Shown here: piece after piece, positions 1 to 9,759 of the stretch
Numbering within the stretch: position 1 is the stretch's first letter
Layout: each line of letters begins with the position of its first letter
Source of the DNA: an uncultured bacterium
GTDB lineage: Bacteria; Babelota; Babeliae; Babelales; Babelaceae
Direction of reading: 5' to 3'
DNA: 64,000 nt
NCBI GenBank assembly: GCA_963824495.1
Contig: CAWGPQ010000011.1
Coordinates: 96,001-160,000 of the forward strand
The notes under the pieces: generated by a model
Told to the model about the DNA's origin: nothing
The model's input: the letters and a program-made list of their open reading frames with translations, nothing else
Databases searched by the model: none
Translations under genes and position numbers: made by a program

Positions 1-2
1 AA

Positions 3-188
3 GGGCCCCAATGTAGCATTCAAAAATGCCCGAATGCCTTACAGCAAGCATTAGCTGCGTGTCCTCAAGGAGGCTATTATGAGCCTTTTTCACTTTTTGA
101 GGGCAACGCCTTTAATAGCAAAGGCTGGAAAAATACGACAATTAGTCTTAATGAGACGCTTATCCCCCCTGGCGATTGTAATACATAA
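3..188 (+). CDS. 3' end of a Cys-containing hypothetical protein (truncated by window start)
   Basis: Manual translation: open frame GPQCSIQKCPNALQQALAACPQGG...GDCNT* ending in TAA at 186-188. Confidence 0.55.
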   Translation, partial: GPQCSIQKCPNALQQALAACPQGGYYEPFSLFEGNAFNSKGWKNTTISLNETLIPPGDCNT

Positions 189-289
189 GGATTTTTAATA
201 AAGATTAAAATTCTTGACTTATTTATTTGTTTTTTCCATTATAAATATATACAGGTGGCAACTTGCAAATAATTAAAAAGGAATTTCCC

Positions 290-613
290 ATGAAAAATCT
301 GATGAAGTTATCGATAAAGGCTTTAGCCGGTGTAATGCTTTTTTTAACGGGTGTGCCATCTATACATGCAGGGGTTTGTTATTGTGAAATTGCAGAAGGC
401 TCTTATCATAACTACAATAGCGCTAATACAGATAATTTGGAAGAATGTATAAATAAATGCCAAAGAGAATTCGCTGAAGATCGCAATAGATATAGTTATG
501 TTTATGATTCCAAACGAGCAGATCATGAACCATTAATCGCTGGCAATATCCCAGGCGCTCCAGCATTACCAGGTGACGCGCTTAAGCGTTTTGAAGATGT
601 TAAAAGAGGGTAA
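290..613 (+). CDS. Small secreted Cys-rich protein
   Basis: AAAAGGA RBS before ATG 290; Sec-type signal peptide ending IHA; CxC...CxxxC motif; TTGACT promoter-like element at ~214. Confidence 0.75.
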   Translation: MKNLMKLSIKALAGVMLFLTGVPSIHAGVCYCEIAEGSYHNYNSANTDNLEECINKCQREFAEDRNRYSYVYDSKRADHEPLIAGNIPGAPALPGDALKRFEDVKRG

Positions 614-621
614 CAGGGCCT

Positions 622-643
622 AATAACTATCGCGATAGTTATT
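622..643. repeat. Perfect 22-bp palindrome AATAACTATCGCGATAGTTATT (hairpin or operator)
   Basis: Self-complementary sequence just after the stop at 613. Confidence 0.7.
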
Positions 644-733
644 GCAATCATACGGAAACCAGCATACAATATTACCTCTTTATGAAATAATTAAAAATAG
701 AGATAATAACTAATAAATAGAAATAGTTAGATT

Positions 734-2001
734 GTGATTAAAATTATTACAAAATTACTGCTGATTGGCTTATTGCTAGGTAGTGCTCTTTCATTAGAAT
801 CTATGGAACTACAAGGACTAGCAAATCCTGCTAATGAAGAATTAATAGGTGCAGTCAAAAAAAGCAATCTTGCAGCAGTTGAAGCTGCCCTTAAAGCTGG
901 TGCCAATATCAATTATGCTGATGAGCTTGACTGGACAGCTCTCACATATGCAGCTAGAAGGGATACAGATATAGTTAGAATACTTATAGATGCTGGTGCT
1001 GATGTTAATTGTGCCGATGTTCATGGCAATAGTGCTCTTATGTGGGCGACTAACGCTGGACATATAGATATAGTTAGACTGCTTCTAGAGCAGGGTGCTG
1101 ATGTTAATCATGCTGATAATAATGGCAATACTGCTCTTATATGGGCAGCTAGACATGGACATGAAGATATAGCTAGAATGCTTATAGGGCACGGAGCTGA
1201 TATTAACCATACCGATAATAATGGCGATACTGCTCTTATGTGGCAACTGAACATATAGATACAGCTAAAATGCTTATAGGGGCTGGTGCTGAAGTTAATC
1301 GTGCTAATAAAGCTGGCAATACTGCTCTCATATACGCAGCCGGCGAGGGGTATACAGAGATAGTTAGACTACTTATAGAGCACGGAGCCACAATACCAAC
1401 TAAAGAAGAGCTTCAAAGATTTGCTCTGCAACTACACGCAAGGCAAGCTTTAAGTGCTATATTTGAGGGCAACCCACTCGCTTATGCAGCAGCGCGAGGC
1501 GATACTAAGCGTGTGGTAGGACTACTGTCTACTTTACCCAAAGCTCAACCACTTACTATTAACCATCAAGATACACATGGCGTAACAGCGTTACATTGGG
1601 CTGCTGCTCAAGGATATAACGATATAATAAAACTATTACTTGATCTTGGTGCAAATGTTAACCTACAAAATGCAGAGGGTAATACACCGTTACACTTAGC
1701 AGCTCGTAATGGCAACTTGAGTACCGTTAGACTCTTACTTGCACGTGGTGCTAACGCTACTGTTGTTAACCGACAAGGTCAGACTGCTTTGGCTCTTGCC
1801 TATAGGTATCATCATCCTAATGTTGTCGCTTTCTTAGAAGCACAAGCAGGTCGGGCTGTGTTTGGTAGAGTGTCACGAGCAGGTCGAGTTGGAGACTTTG
1901 CATGGCAGCCTACAGGCGCTACCCTTCCCCCTGAGGTAGTTGATATAATTGCCCAGTTTGCACAGGCCCCCGGCCATATACCTCCATCAGGGTCAGCATG
2001 A
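734..2001 (+). pseudogene. Secreted ankyrin-repeat protein, array copy 1, frameshifted at ~1241-1252
   Basis: ORFs 734..1258 and 1240..2001 together match the paralogs; about 7 nt missing relative to the WAxxxGHID repeat consensus. Confidence 0.85.
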
Positions 2002-2173
2002 GAGTAACCTATACTGTAAGTTATTGGCAAGGTTAAGCAGCTTAAGCAAACAGTGCTCAAAAGTGTGTCCCAAAGCATGCAGAGTTAAAAATTATTAAAG
2101 TATTGGCTATATTGCTTGGCTTTTGATATAATCAAAAATAGAAATATAAGATCTTAATGAAAAGAATTATAGT

Positions 2174-3247
2174 ATGATTAAAGTTGCTATAAAATTACTC
2201 ATGATTGGCTTGTCGTTATCTAATGTTCTGCTCTTAGAGTGTATGCACGTACAAGGACCAGCAAACCCTGCCAACCAAGAATTGATAAATGCAGCCTATA
2301 ATGGAAATGCTGAAGAAGTTGAAGCTGCACTCAATGCTGGTGCCAATATCAATTATGCTGACAGTAATGGTTGGACAGCTCTTATGATGGCAGCTCTTTA
2401 TGGACATATAGATATAGTTAGATTGCTTATAGATGCTGGTGCTCATGTTAATTGTGCCAATAATTATGGCAATAGTGCTCTTATGTGGGCAGCTTTATAT
2501 GGCCACACAGAGATAGTTAGACTGCTTCTAGAGCAGGGTGCTGATGTTAATCATGCTGATAATTATGGCAATAGTGCTCTTATATGGGCAGCTAGACATG
2601 GACATGAAGATATAGCTAGAATGCTTATGGGGCATGGGGCAAGAATGCCCACTGAAGGAGATCTTCAAAAATTTGCTCTGCAAGTACGGCAAGCTTTAAG
2701 TGCTATATTTGAAAGCAATGAGCTTGCTTATGCAGCAGCGCGAGGCGATACTAAGCGTGTGGTAGGACTACTGTCTACTTTACCCAAAGCTCAACCACTT
2801 ACTATTAACCATCAAGATACACATGGCGTAACAGCGTTACATTGGGCTGCTGCTCAAGGATATAACGATATCGTAAAACTATTACTTGATCTTGGTGCAA
2901 ATATTAACCTACAAAATGCAGAGGGTAATACACCGTTACATTTAGCAGCTCGCAACGGTAATTTAACTACCGTTAGGCTCTTACTTGCACGTGGTGCTAA
3001 TGCTACTATTGTTAACCGACAAGGTCAGACTCCTCTAGCTCTCGCCCGGCGATACCATCGTTCTGCTATTGTTGACTTATTAGCAAGAGAAGCTGGTCGT
3101 GCTGTGTTTGGTAGAGTATCACGAGCAGGTCGAGTCGGAGAGTTTGCATGGCAGCCTACAGGCGCTACCCTTCCCCCTGAGATAGCTGACATAATTGCCC
3201 AGTTTGCTCAGGCCGCCGGCCATATACCTCCATCAGGGTCACGCTAG
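2174..3247 (+). CDS. Secreted ankyrin-repeat protein, array copy 2
   Basis: Signal peptide, GxTALxxAA/GNTPLHLAA repeats, C-terminal LPPEIADIIAQFA. Confidence 0.92.
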   Translation: MIKVAIKLLMIGLSLSNVLLLECMHVQGPANPANQELINAAYNGNAEEVEAALNAGANINYADSNGWTALMMAALYGHIDIVRLLIDAGAHVNCANNYGNSALMWAALYGHTEIVRLLLEQGADVNHADNYGNSALIWAARHGHEDIARMLMGHGARMPTEGDLQKFALQVRQALSAIFESNELAYAAARGDTKRVVGLLSTLPKAQPLTINHQDTHGVTALHWAAAQGYNDIVKLLLDLGANINLQNAEGNTPLHLAARNGNLTTVRLLLARGANATIVNRQGQTPLALARRYHRSAIVDLLAREAGRAVFGRVSRAGRVGEFAWQPTGATLPPEIADIIAQFAQAAGHIPPSGSR

Positions 3248-3272
3248 TAAGTTTCTTGGCTTATTAGCACAA

Positions 3273-3935
3273 GTATGTTTCGGTAGTAAGAAAAAATGAT
3301 TAATTACGTCTTGCTCAATTAAAGCTTTTATACATAGACAAGAGATATTTGCAAGACATACATGTTGTATCCTGTAATTGTTTAACTTTATCATGAATTG
3401 TCTTTCTTATTTGGCCAGGTTGATTCGGCCTGCAGCCCATCCGAGCGTCAAATAAGATTCAATCAGCACAGGCGATTGCCCGAAAACTCAGCAGCTTTTT
3501 TAGCTCGACTATAAAGCTTTATCATCTTGTGGGGTAATTTTTTGCATTTTATTTCTTGACTATCTTGCTATATTTATGCAATAATTAAAAATAAAGTTAA
3601 TAGCTAATAAATAGAAATGGGCAGACTGTGATTAAAAATATTACAAGATTACTCCTGATTGGCCTATCATTATCTCACGCTATGTCCTTAGAGTCTATGC
3701 AAGTCCAAGAGCCAACTAATCCCGCCAGCTTTAAATTACGAAGAGCAGTCGCAGCTGGCGACCCCCAAGCAGTAGAAGCTGCACTCAATGCTGGTGCCAA
3801 TATCAATTATGCTGACAGTAATGGTTGGACAGCTCTTATGATGGCAGCTCTTTATGGACATATAGATATAGTTAGATTGCTTATAGATGCTGGTGCTCAT
3901 GTTAATTGTGCCAATAATTATGGCAATAGTGCTCT
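3273..3935 (+). repeat. ~660-bp direct repeat copy A (intergenic region plus 5' part of ank gene)
   Basis: Near-identical to 4706..5368 (offset 1433). Confidence 0.92.
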
Positions 3936-4682
3936 CATATATGCAGCCGGCGAGGGGTATACAGAGATAGTTAGACTACTTATAGAGCACGGAGCCACAA
4001 TACCAACTAAAGAAGAGCTTCAAAGATTTGCTCTGCAACTACACGCAAGGCAAGCTTTAAGTGCTGTATTTGAAGGCAACGAGCTTGCTTATGCAGCGGC
4101 CCGGGGAGATACTAAGCACGTGGTAGAATTACTTTCCACTCTACCGCAAGCAGAGCCATTGCTTGCTCAGTTGCGTAAGCTGCTTGCTTCTTATGCCATA
4201 CTGCCCCCAATGATACCCCCTCAAATTAACATTAACCATCAAGATAGTCATGGTATGACAGCATTACATTGGGCTGCTGCTCAAGGACATAACAATATAG
4301 TAAAACTATTACTTGATTTTGGTGCAAATGTTAACCTACAAAATGCAGAGGGTAATACACCGTTACACTTAGCAGCTCGCAACGGCAACCTGAGTGTGGT
4401 TAAACTTTTGCTTGCGCGTGGCGCTAATGCTACTGTTGTTAACCGACAAGGTCAGACTGCTTTGGCTCTTGCCTATAGGTATCATCATCCTAATGTTGTC
4501 GCTTTCTTAGAAGCACAAGCAGGTCGTGCTGTGTTTGGTAGAGTGTCACGAGCAGGTCGAGCAGGAGAGTTTGCATGGCAGCCTACACCCACCGGCGCTA
4601 CCCTCCCCCCGAGATAGCTGACATAATTGCCCAGTTTGCTCAGGCCCCGGGCCATATGCCTCCATCAGGGTCATCTTCTTAA
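3628..4682 (+). CDS. Secreted ankyrin-repeat protein, array copy 3; -1 frameshift in C6 run (4605-4610) truncates the C-terminus
   Basis: Copy 4 has C7 at the homologous site (6152-6158); the shifted frame continues EIADIIAQFAQAPGHMPPSGSS* to 4682. Confidence 0.88.
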
Positions 4683-4705
4683 GTTTCTTGAGCTTATAAG
4701 TACGA

Positions 4706-5368
4706 GTATGTTTCGGTAGCAAGAAAAAATGATTAATTACGTCTTGCTCAATTAAAGCTTTTATACATAGACAAGAGATATTTGCAAGACATACATGTTG
4801 TATCCTGTAATTGTTTAACTTTATCATGAATTGTCTTTCTTATTTGGCCAGGTTGATTCGGCCCGCAGCCCATTCGAGCGTCAAATAAGATTCAATCAGC
4901 ACAGGCGATTGCCCGAAAACTCAGCAGCTTTTTTAGCTCGACTATAAAGCTTTATCATCTTGTGGGGTAATTTTTTGCATTTTATTTCTTGACTATCTTG
5001 CTATATTTATGCAATAATTAAAAATAAAGTTAATAGCTAATAAATAGAAATGGGCAGACTGTGATTAAAAATATTACAAGATTACTCCTGATTGGCCTAT
5101 CATTATCTCACGCTATGTCCTTAGAGTCTATGCAAGTCCAAGAGCCAACTAATCCCGCCAGCTTTAAATTACGAAGAGCAGTCGAAGCTGGCGACCCCCA
5201 AGCAGTAGAAGCTGCACTCAATGCTGGTGCCAATATCAATTATGCTGACAGTAATGGTTGGACAGCTCTTATGATGGCAGCTCTTCATGGACATATAGAT
5301 ATAGTTAGATTGCTTATAGATGCTGGTGCTCATGTTAATTGTGCCAATAATTATGACAATAGTGCTCT
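4706..5368 (+). repeat. ~660-bp direct repeat copy B
   Basis: Near-identical to 3273..3935. Confidence 0.92.
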
Positions 5369-6230
5369 TATGTGGGCAGCTTTATATGGCCACACAGAGA
5401 TAGTTAGACTGCTTCTAGAGCAGGGTGCTGATGTTAATCGTGCTAATAATTATGGCGATACTGCTCTTATATGGGCAGCTAGACATGGACATGAAGATAT
5501 AGCTAGAATGCTTATGGGGCATGGGGCAAGAATGCCCACTGAAGGAGATCTTCAAAGATTTGCTCTGCAAGTACGGCTAGCTTTAAGTGCTGTATTTGAA
5601 GGCAATGAGCTTGCTTATGCGGCCGCCCGGGGCGATACCAAGCGCGTGGTAGTATTACTTTCCACTCCAACTCAAGCTCAACCACAATCACCTCAGACCA
5701 AATCGTTGATTGCTCAATTGCGTAAACTGCTTGCTTCTTATGCCATACTGCCCCCAATGATACCCCCTCAAATTAACATTAACCATCCAGATAGTCATGG
5801 CATGACAGCGTTACATTGGGCTGCTGCTCAAGGATATAACGATATAATAAAACTATTACTTGATTTTGGTGCAAATATTAACCCACAAAATGCACAGGGT
5901 AATACACCGTTACACTTAGCAGCTCGTAATGGCAACTTGAGTACCGTTAGACTCTTACTTGCACGTGGTGCTAATGTTACTATGGTTAACCGACAGGGTC
6001 AGACTCCTCTAGCTCTCGCCCGGCAATACCATCGTTCTGCTATTGTTGACTTATTAGCAAGAGAAGCTGGTCGGGCTGTGTTTGGTAGAGTATCACGAGC
6101 AGGTCGAGCAGGAGAGTTTGCATGGCAGCCTACACCCACCGGCGCCACCCTCCCCCCCGAGATAGCTGACATAATTGCCCAGTTTGCTCAGGCCCCGGGC
6201 CATATGCCTCCATCAGGGTCAGTTTCTTAA
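5061..6230 (+). CDS. Secreted ankyrin-repeat protein, array copy 4
   Basis: GTG start, signal peptide, ankyrin repeats, LPPEIADIIAQFA tail. Confidence 0.92.
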   Translation: MIKNITRLLLIGLSLSHAMSLESMQVQEPTNPASFKLRRAVEAGDPQAVEAALNAGANINYADSNGWTALMMAALHGHIDIVRLLIDAGAHVNCANNYDNSALMWAALYGHTEIVRLLLEQGADVNRANNYGDTALIWAARHGHEDIARMLMGHGARMPTEGDLQRFALQVRLALSAVFEGNELAYAAARGDTKRVVVLLSTPTQAQPQSPQTKSLIAQLRKLLASYAILPPMIPPQININHPDSHGMTALHWAAAQGYNDIIKLLLDFGANINPQNAQGNTPLHLAARNGNLSTVRLLLARGANVTMVNRQGQTPLALARQYHRSAIVDLLAREAGRAVFGRVSRAGRAGEFAWQPTPTGATLPPEIADIIAQFAQAPGHMPPSGSVS

Positions 6231-6628
6231 ATTTAAGGATAGCTAAAGCATCAGTCATTTGAGACTATTCTAGGTTTTTCTTTTCTTTTCTTATGTCCAA
6301 TTCGCGTTAACTTGGCTAGGCTTAGATAAAGTTTTTCATACTGATTCAAATAACCCGCTGGCTATTGGGGTGATTAATCCTCACGATTCCATTCAGTGCT
6401 CTCTAGATGCTCGATGGATTATAGGTGGTTTAAAATTAAGAGTAGTCCTGCAGGGGGCATTATGGTAAAATATCCCACAGGCACAAGTGAATGCATATGA
6501 TCGTAGAATGCTGATTAGGCTAATACTCAAAGCTTACAAACTTTTTGGGGGATTGAGCTCTTTTTAAACACTCAGCCATGTAATAAGCTACTCAAGTTAT
6601 ATTCACATGCTAATTTTAGGAGATATCT

Positions 6629-6937
6629 GTGTTAATCATTTGGGGTACTAAAGTTATTGGGCGGACACTCGATAAAGGCTATTTTTATTGCCCAGCCTGT
6701 CAAACTAACCAAGAATATCATGCAAAAGAATGGCACAAGCTTTTCACGTTATTTTTTATTCCCATACTACCCATTAAACTTTTGGGAACATACATTGAGT
6801 GCACATCATGTGTTACAACGTATTATCCAGCAATTTTAAAAAACATGAATTTGATATGCATCAAAGATGGACTAATGGGCACAAAGAGCAGTCATAATCC
6901 AGGCGTTTTAGTGAAAATGCTTTTGAATGTACGATAG
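6629..6937 (+). CDS. Zinc-ribbon domain protein (zinc_ribbon_15-like)
   Basis: IIWG..CPxC...FTLFFIPILP...IECxxC pattern; AGGAG RBS. Confidence 0.8.
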   Translation: MLIIWGTKVIGRTLDKGYFYCPACQTNQEYHAKEWHKLFTLFFIPILPIKLLGTYIECTSCVTTYYPAILKNMNLICIKDGLMGTKSSHNPGVLVKMLLNVR

Positions 6938-7170
6938 CTATAACTTAGCGAACTGTACACCAAGAAGTAACAGAATGCTAAGGACAAAATGCCAACCACA
7001 GCGATGGTTGGTAAAGAATAGCATTCCATATCTTTGCCAATAACATCCCAAAATTTCCCTGACAGTGCTAAAATTATAGGCACAAGAAAACACAAAGATC
7101 CAAAAAGGAAAGTGGCAAGAGACCCAACAAAAGCAAGACAACGATAATAGAACAAAATCAGATACGACAT
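6892..7170 (-). CDS. Small membrane protein, hypothetical
   Basis: 92-aa ORF with two hydrophobic segments; no clear RBS; overlaps the convergent gene. Confidence 0.4.
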   Translation of the reverse strand: MSYLILFYYRCLAFVGSLATFLFGSLCFLVPIILALSGKFWDVIGKDMECYSLPTIAVVGILSLAFCYFLVYSSLSYSYRTFKSIFTKTPGL

Positions 7171-7540
7171 ATGCTTTGCTTAATTCTTAATTCATAGTGC
7201 TTATAAGTATCATTAAGTATAATTACTGCTTATGCATTCAGCAAGTAGCCAGACCACCATTAGCGCCATCTTGTTCTGATATGATATCGAAGCCAAGACG
7301 AACGTCTTCGTTTTCACCCGTAAAATTGCTTTTTTTCAAGATAAACAGGCGCAAGATTATAGATTTTCTGGCCCTATCTATAGCTTCAACGTTTAAAAAA
7401 TAGGCAAAGCGCAACCCACGAAGCTTTAGTACCTTAGGATAAACGCCATACTCTAATTTTTCGTAGAATAAATGTAAATATTGACTATTTTTTATCTTTA
7501 TTTATAATAGTAACTATTACACAATACTATAACTGCATGG

Positions 7541-9724
7541 GTGAAAGAGAGTTCTATGAATAGTATTAAAAAAATACGCCGATACTTGGGCATGGGCCAA
7601 AAAAATAAAAAATTATACCAGGCTATCCTATGGTTAGTAACTGCAAGCCTTGTGCCTTCTCCTACTCTTGCCCTCACCTTTAAGCAATTCTCCGATCAAA
7701 ATATGCAAGCAGTTCCTTTTGAGCCAAGTAAATTTCCGGCGAAAACCGAGCGCTTGTCATATTCTGACTATCTAGAACACCAACTACAGAGAGAGCTTCA
7801 TCCATCAAAAGCAGCCAAACGAGAGTTTGCTTTCTCTATGCTCATAGATCATGAAGATAACCATCCTGAATTTTTTAAAACTACGCAGGTACTTGATCCT
7901 CTTACGAGCTCAGACTTAAACACCGTCTGTGGCCCGGAGTCAAATTATACGTTGTATCTTGGTAGTCAAATAGACAGAACAAGTACAGAGGTAGGACGAG
8001 CTATGCTTTTGCACAGCATAACGAATCCAATGCCTGATCTACAAAAGCTCAAAAATACCCAAGCAATAGTACAGGAGCTTATTAATAACCAAGAGCTTTT
8101 TGAAACGCTTGACCAAGAATTTAAAAGCTTAGCGGAAGCTGAAAACGTACTCCTAGCATTTTGGGAAAATACCAAGTGGGTTCATATAGGAGTCCGTCCA
8201 AAGAATCTTGTGTCTATGATAATGGAATATATGCCTGAGCATATTAAAGACCGTTATGAAGCGCTCAAGGAAAATGAGCTTTCAAGCGAAGTTACAGAAC
8301 GGCTTGGACAATTTCAAGATATAACGATGGTAGGGTTTGAAGCTGGTGCTGCTACGTTGCTTCCCATAATAGGCATTGTGCAATTAGCTCGCTATAATCA
8401 GCAAGCTGATCAATTATTACGATTTGGTCGCGAAAGATTACGGCTACCTCTGAGCACCCATACAGGACTTTATTCACTTCTCGGTGCTACACTATTTCTT
8501 ATGAAACAGCTTATAGGCGATAAGGTAACCGAGGGTGTTTATACGACTATTGCAGGGACCAATTCTGCTGCACTACTGCCAAACAGGTGGGATGCTACCC
8601 TTAAAGGTGAGTATATACGACGCATTAATGATCAAACGAAGTTAATGCTTGTAGCTCGCTATGTTACGCTTCTTAAAAAACTTGAAGGTATTATTTCCGG
8701 CAACGCTATACTTCAGGAAACATTCCCTCGACTTAAGAATATTCAGCACCTTGTTAACGAATTGCCCAAAGAATCTTTGCCCATAAAGAGAATTTTTGAT
8801 CTTTTAGAAAGTAGCACGTTTAAAGGGGAGCCATCATTCTTTTCACTCATAGGGAGAGTAGTGCTAGCCGACAAGCTCATTCGCAAACATCTCGACAAAT
8901 TTACTGAAGGTATTATTGCTCTTGGTGAGCTTGATATGTACATGTCTACTGCCCGGCTTTATAAAGAGGGACAGGGTAGAGCTAATACCTGGAGCTTTGC
9001 TGATTACCTAGAAAACGCTGACGCTCCGTCGCTTGAGATAGAAAACTTTTGGAATCCGTTTATTGATCCAGAAAAAGCTGTAGCAAATTCAGCATCAATT
9101 GGCACTAACAATAACCCTCGCATGCTTATTATTAGTGGACCTAATGCTGGTGGCAAATCCACAACCATGAAGGGTATAGCTATTAGTGTAATTCTTGCTC
9201 AAAGTCTCGGTATTGTTCCGGCAAGCTGCATGAGCTTAACACCTGTAGCTAAAATCATGACGTATTTAAATATTGTCGATGATATCGCTGCAGGCAACTC
9301 TCACTTTAAAGCTGGAGTTGTCCGTGCTCGTGAGTTAGTAAAAATGACCGAAAATCTTCAAAACAAAGAATTTGCCTTTGTTGCTACTGACGAAGTGTTT
9401 GATGGTACATCACATATTGAAGGTGAAGCAGCAGCATATAGTCTCATTGAAGCGCTAGGTAAGCATCCTAACGTTATGGGGACAACTGCTACACACTTTC
9501 CCCTGGTGACAGAACTTGAAAAAGAAGCCAATGGCAAACTTTTTAAGAATTACAAAGTATCGGTATTGGTTGACGGACAAGGTCAACTTCAGTATCCATT
9601 CAAACTTGAAGAGGGTATTTCTGAACAAAATGTAGCGCTCGATATTTTGCGCAATGAAGGTTTTGACGACGCATTTCTCTCGAGGGCCTACGACCTTGTA
9701 CGTGCTCACAAGCGAAATGCTTAG
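7541..9724 (+). CDS. MutS-related protein (ATPase domain V only) with signal peptide and hydrophobic segments
   Basis: GPNAGGKST Walker A, SHF motif, DEVFDGT Walker B, THF motif; no recognisable mismatch-binding domain. Confidence 0.85.
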   Translation: MKESSMNSIKKIRRYLGMGQKNKKLYQAILWLVTASLVPSPTLALTFKQFSDQNMQAVPFEPSKFPAKTERLSYSDYLEHQLQRELHPSKAAKREFAFSMLIDHEDNHPEFFKTTQVLDPLTSSDLNTVCGPESNYTLYLGSQIDRTSTEVGRAMLLHSITNPMPDLQKLKNTQAIVQELINNQELFETLDQEFKSLAEAENVLLAFWENTKWVHIGVRPKNLVSMIMEYMPEHIKDRYEALKENELSSEVTERLGQFQDITMVGFEAGAATLLPIIGIVQLARYNQQADQLLRFGRERLRLPLSTHTGLYSLLGATLFLMKQLIGDKVTEGVYTTIAGTNSAALLPNRWDATLKGEYIRRINDQTKLMLVARYVTLLKKLEGIISGNAILQETFPRLKNIQHLVNELPKESLPIKRIFDLLESSTFKGEPSFFSLIGRVVLADKLIRKHLDKFTEGIIALGELDMYMSTARLYKEGQGRANTWSFADYLENADAPSLEIENFWNPFIDPEKAVANSASIGTNNNPRMLIISGPNAGGKSTTMKGIAISVILAQSLGIVPASCMSLTPVAKIMTYLNIVDDIAAGNSHFKAGVVRARELVKMTENLQNKEFAFVATDEVFDGTSHIEGEAAAYSLIEALGKHPNVMGTTATHFPLVTELEKEANGKLFKNYKVSVLVDGQGQLQYPFKLEEGISEQNVALDILRNEGFDDAFLSRAYDLVRAHKRNA

Positions 9725-9759
9725 AAAGATTATTAGTTTTCTCGGGGGGATATCGCATC

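Noticed and set aside
734..6230. Diversity-generating retroelement acting on the ankyrin repeats
   Set aside because: No reverse transcriptase in the window, and differences between copies are not adenine-specific
7230..7480. Startless open frame on the minus strand (FYEKLEYGVYPKVLK...) and 68-aa plus-strand ORF
   Set aside because: No start or RBS and no recognisable family; possibly a remnant but unsupported
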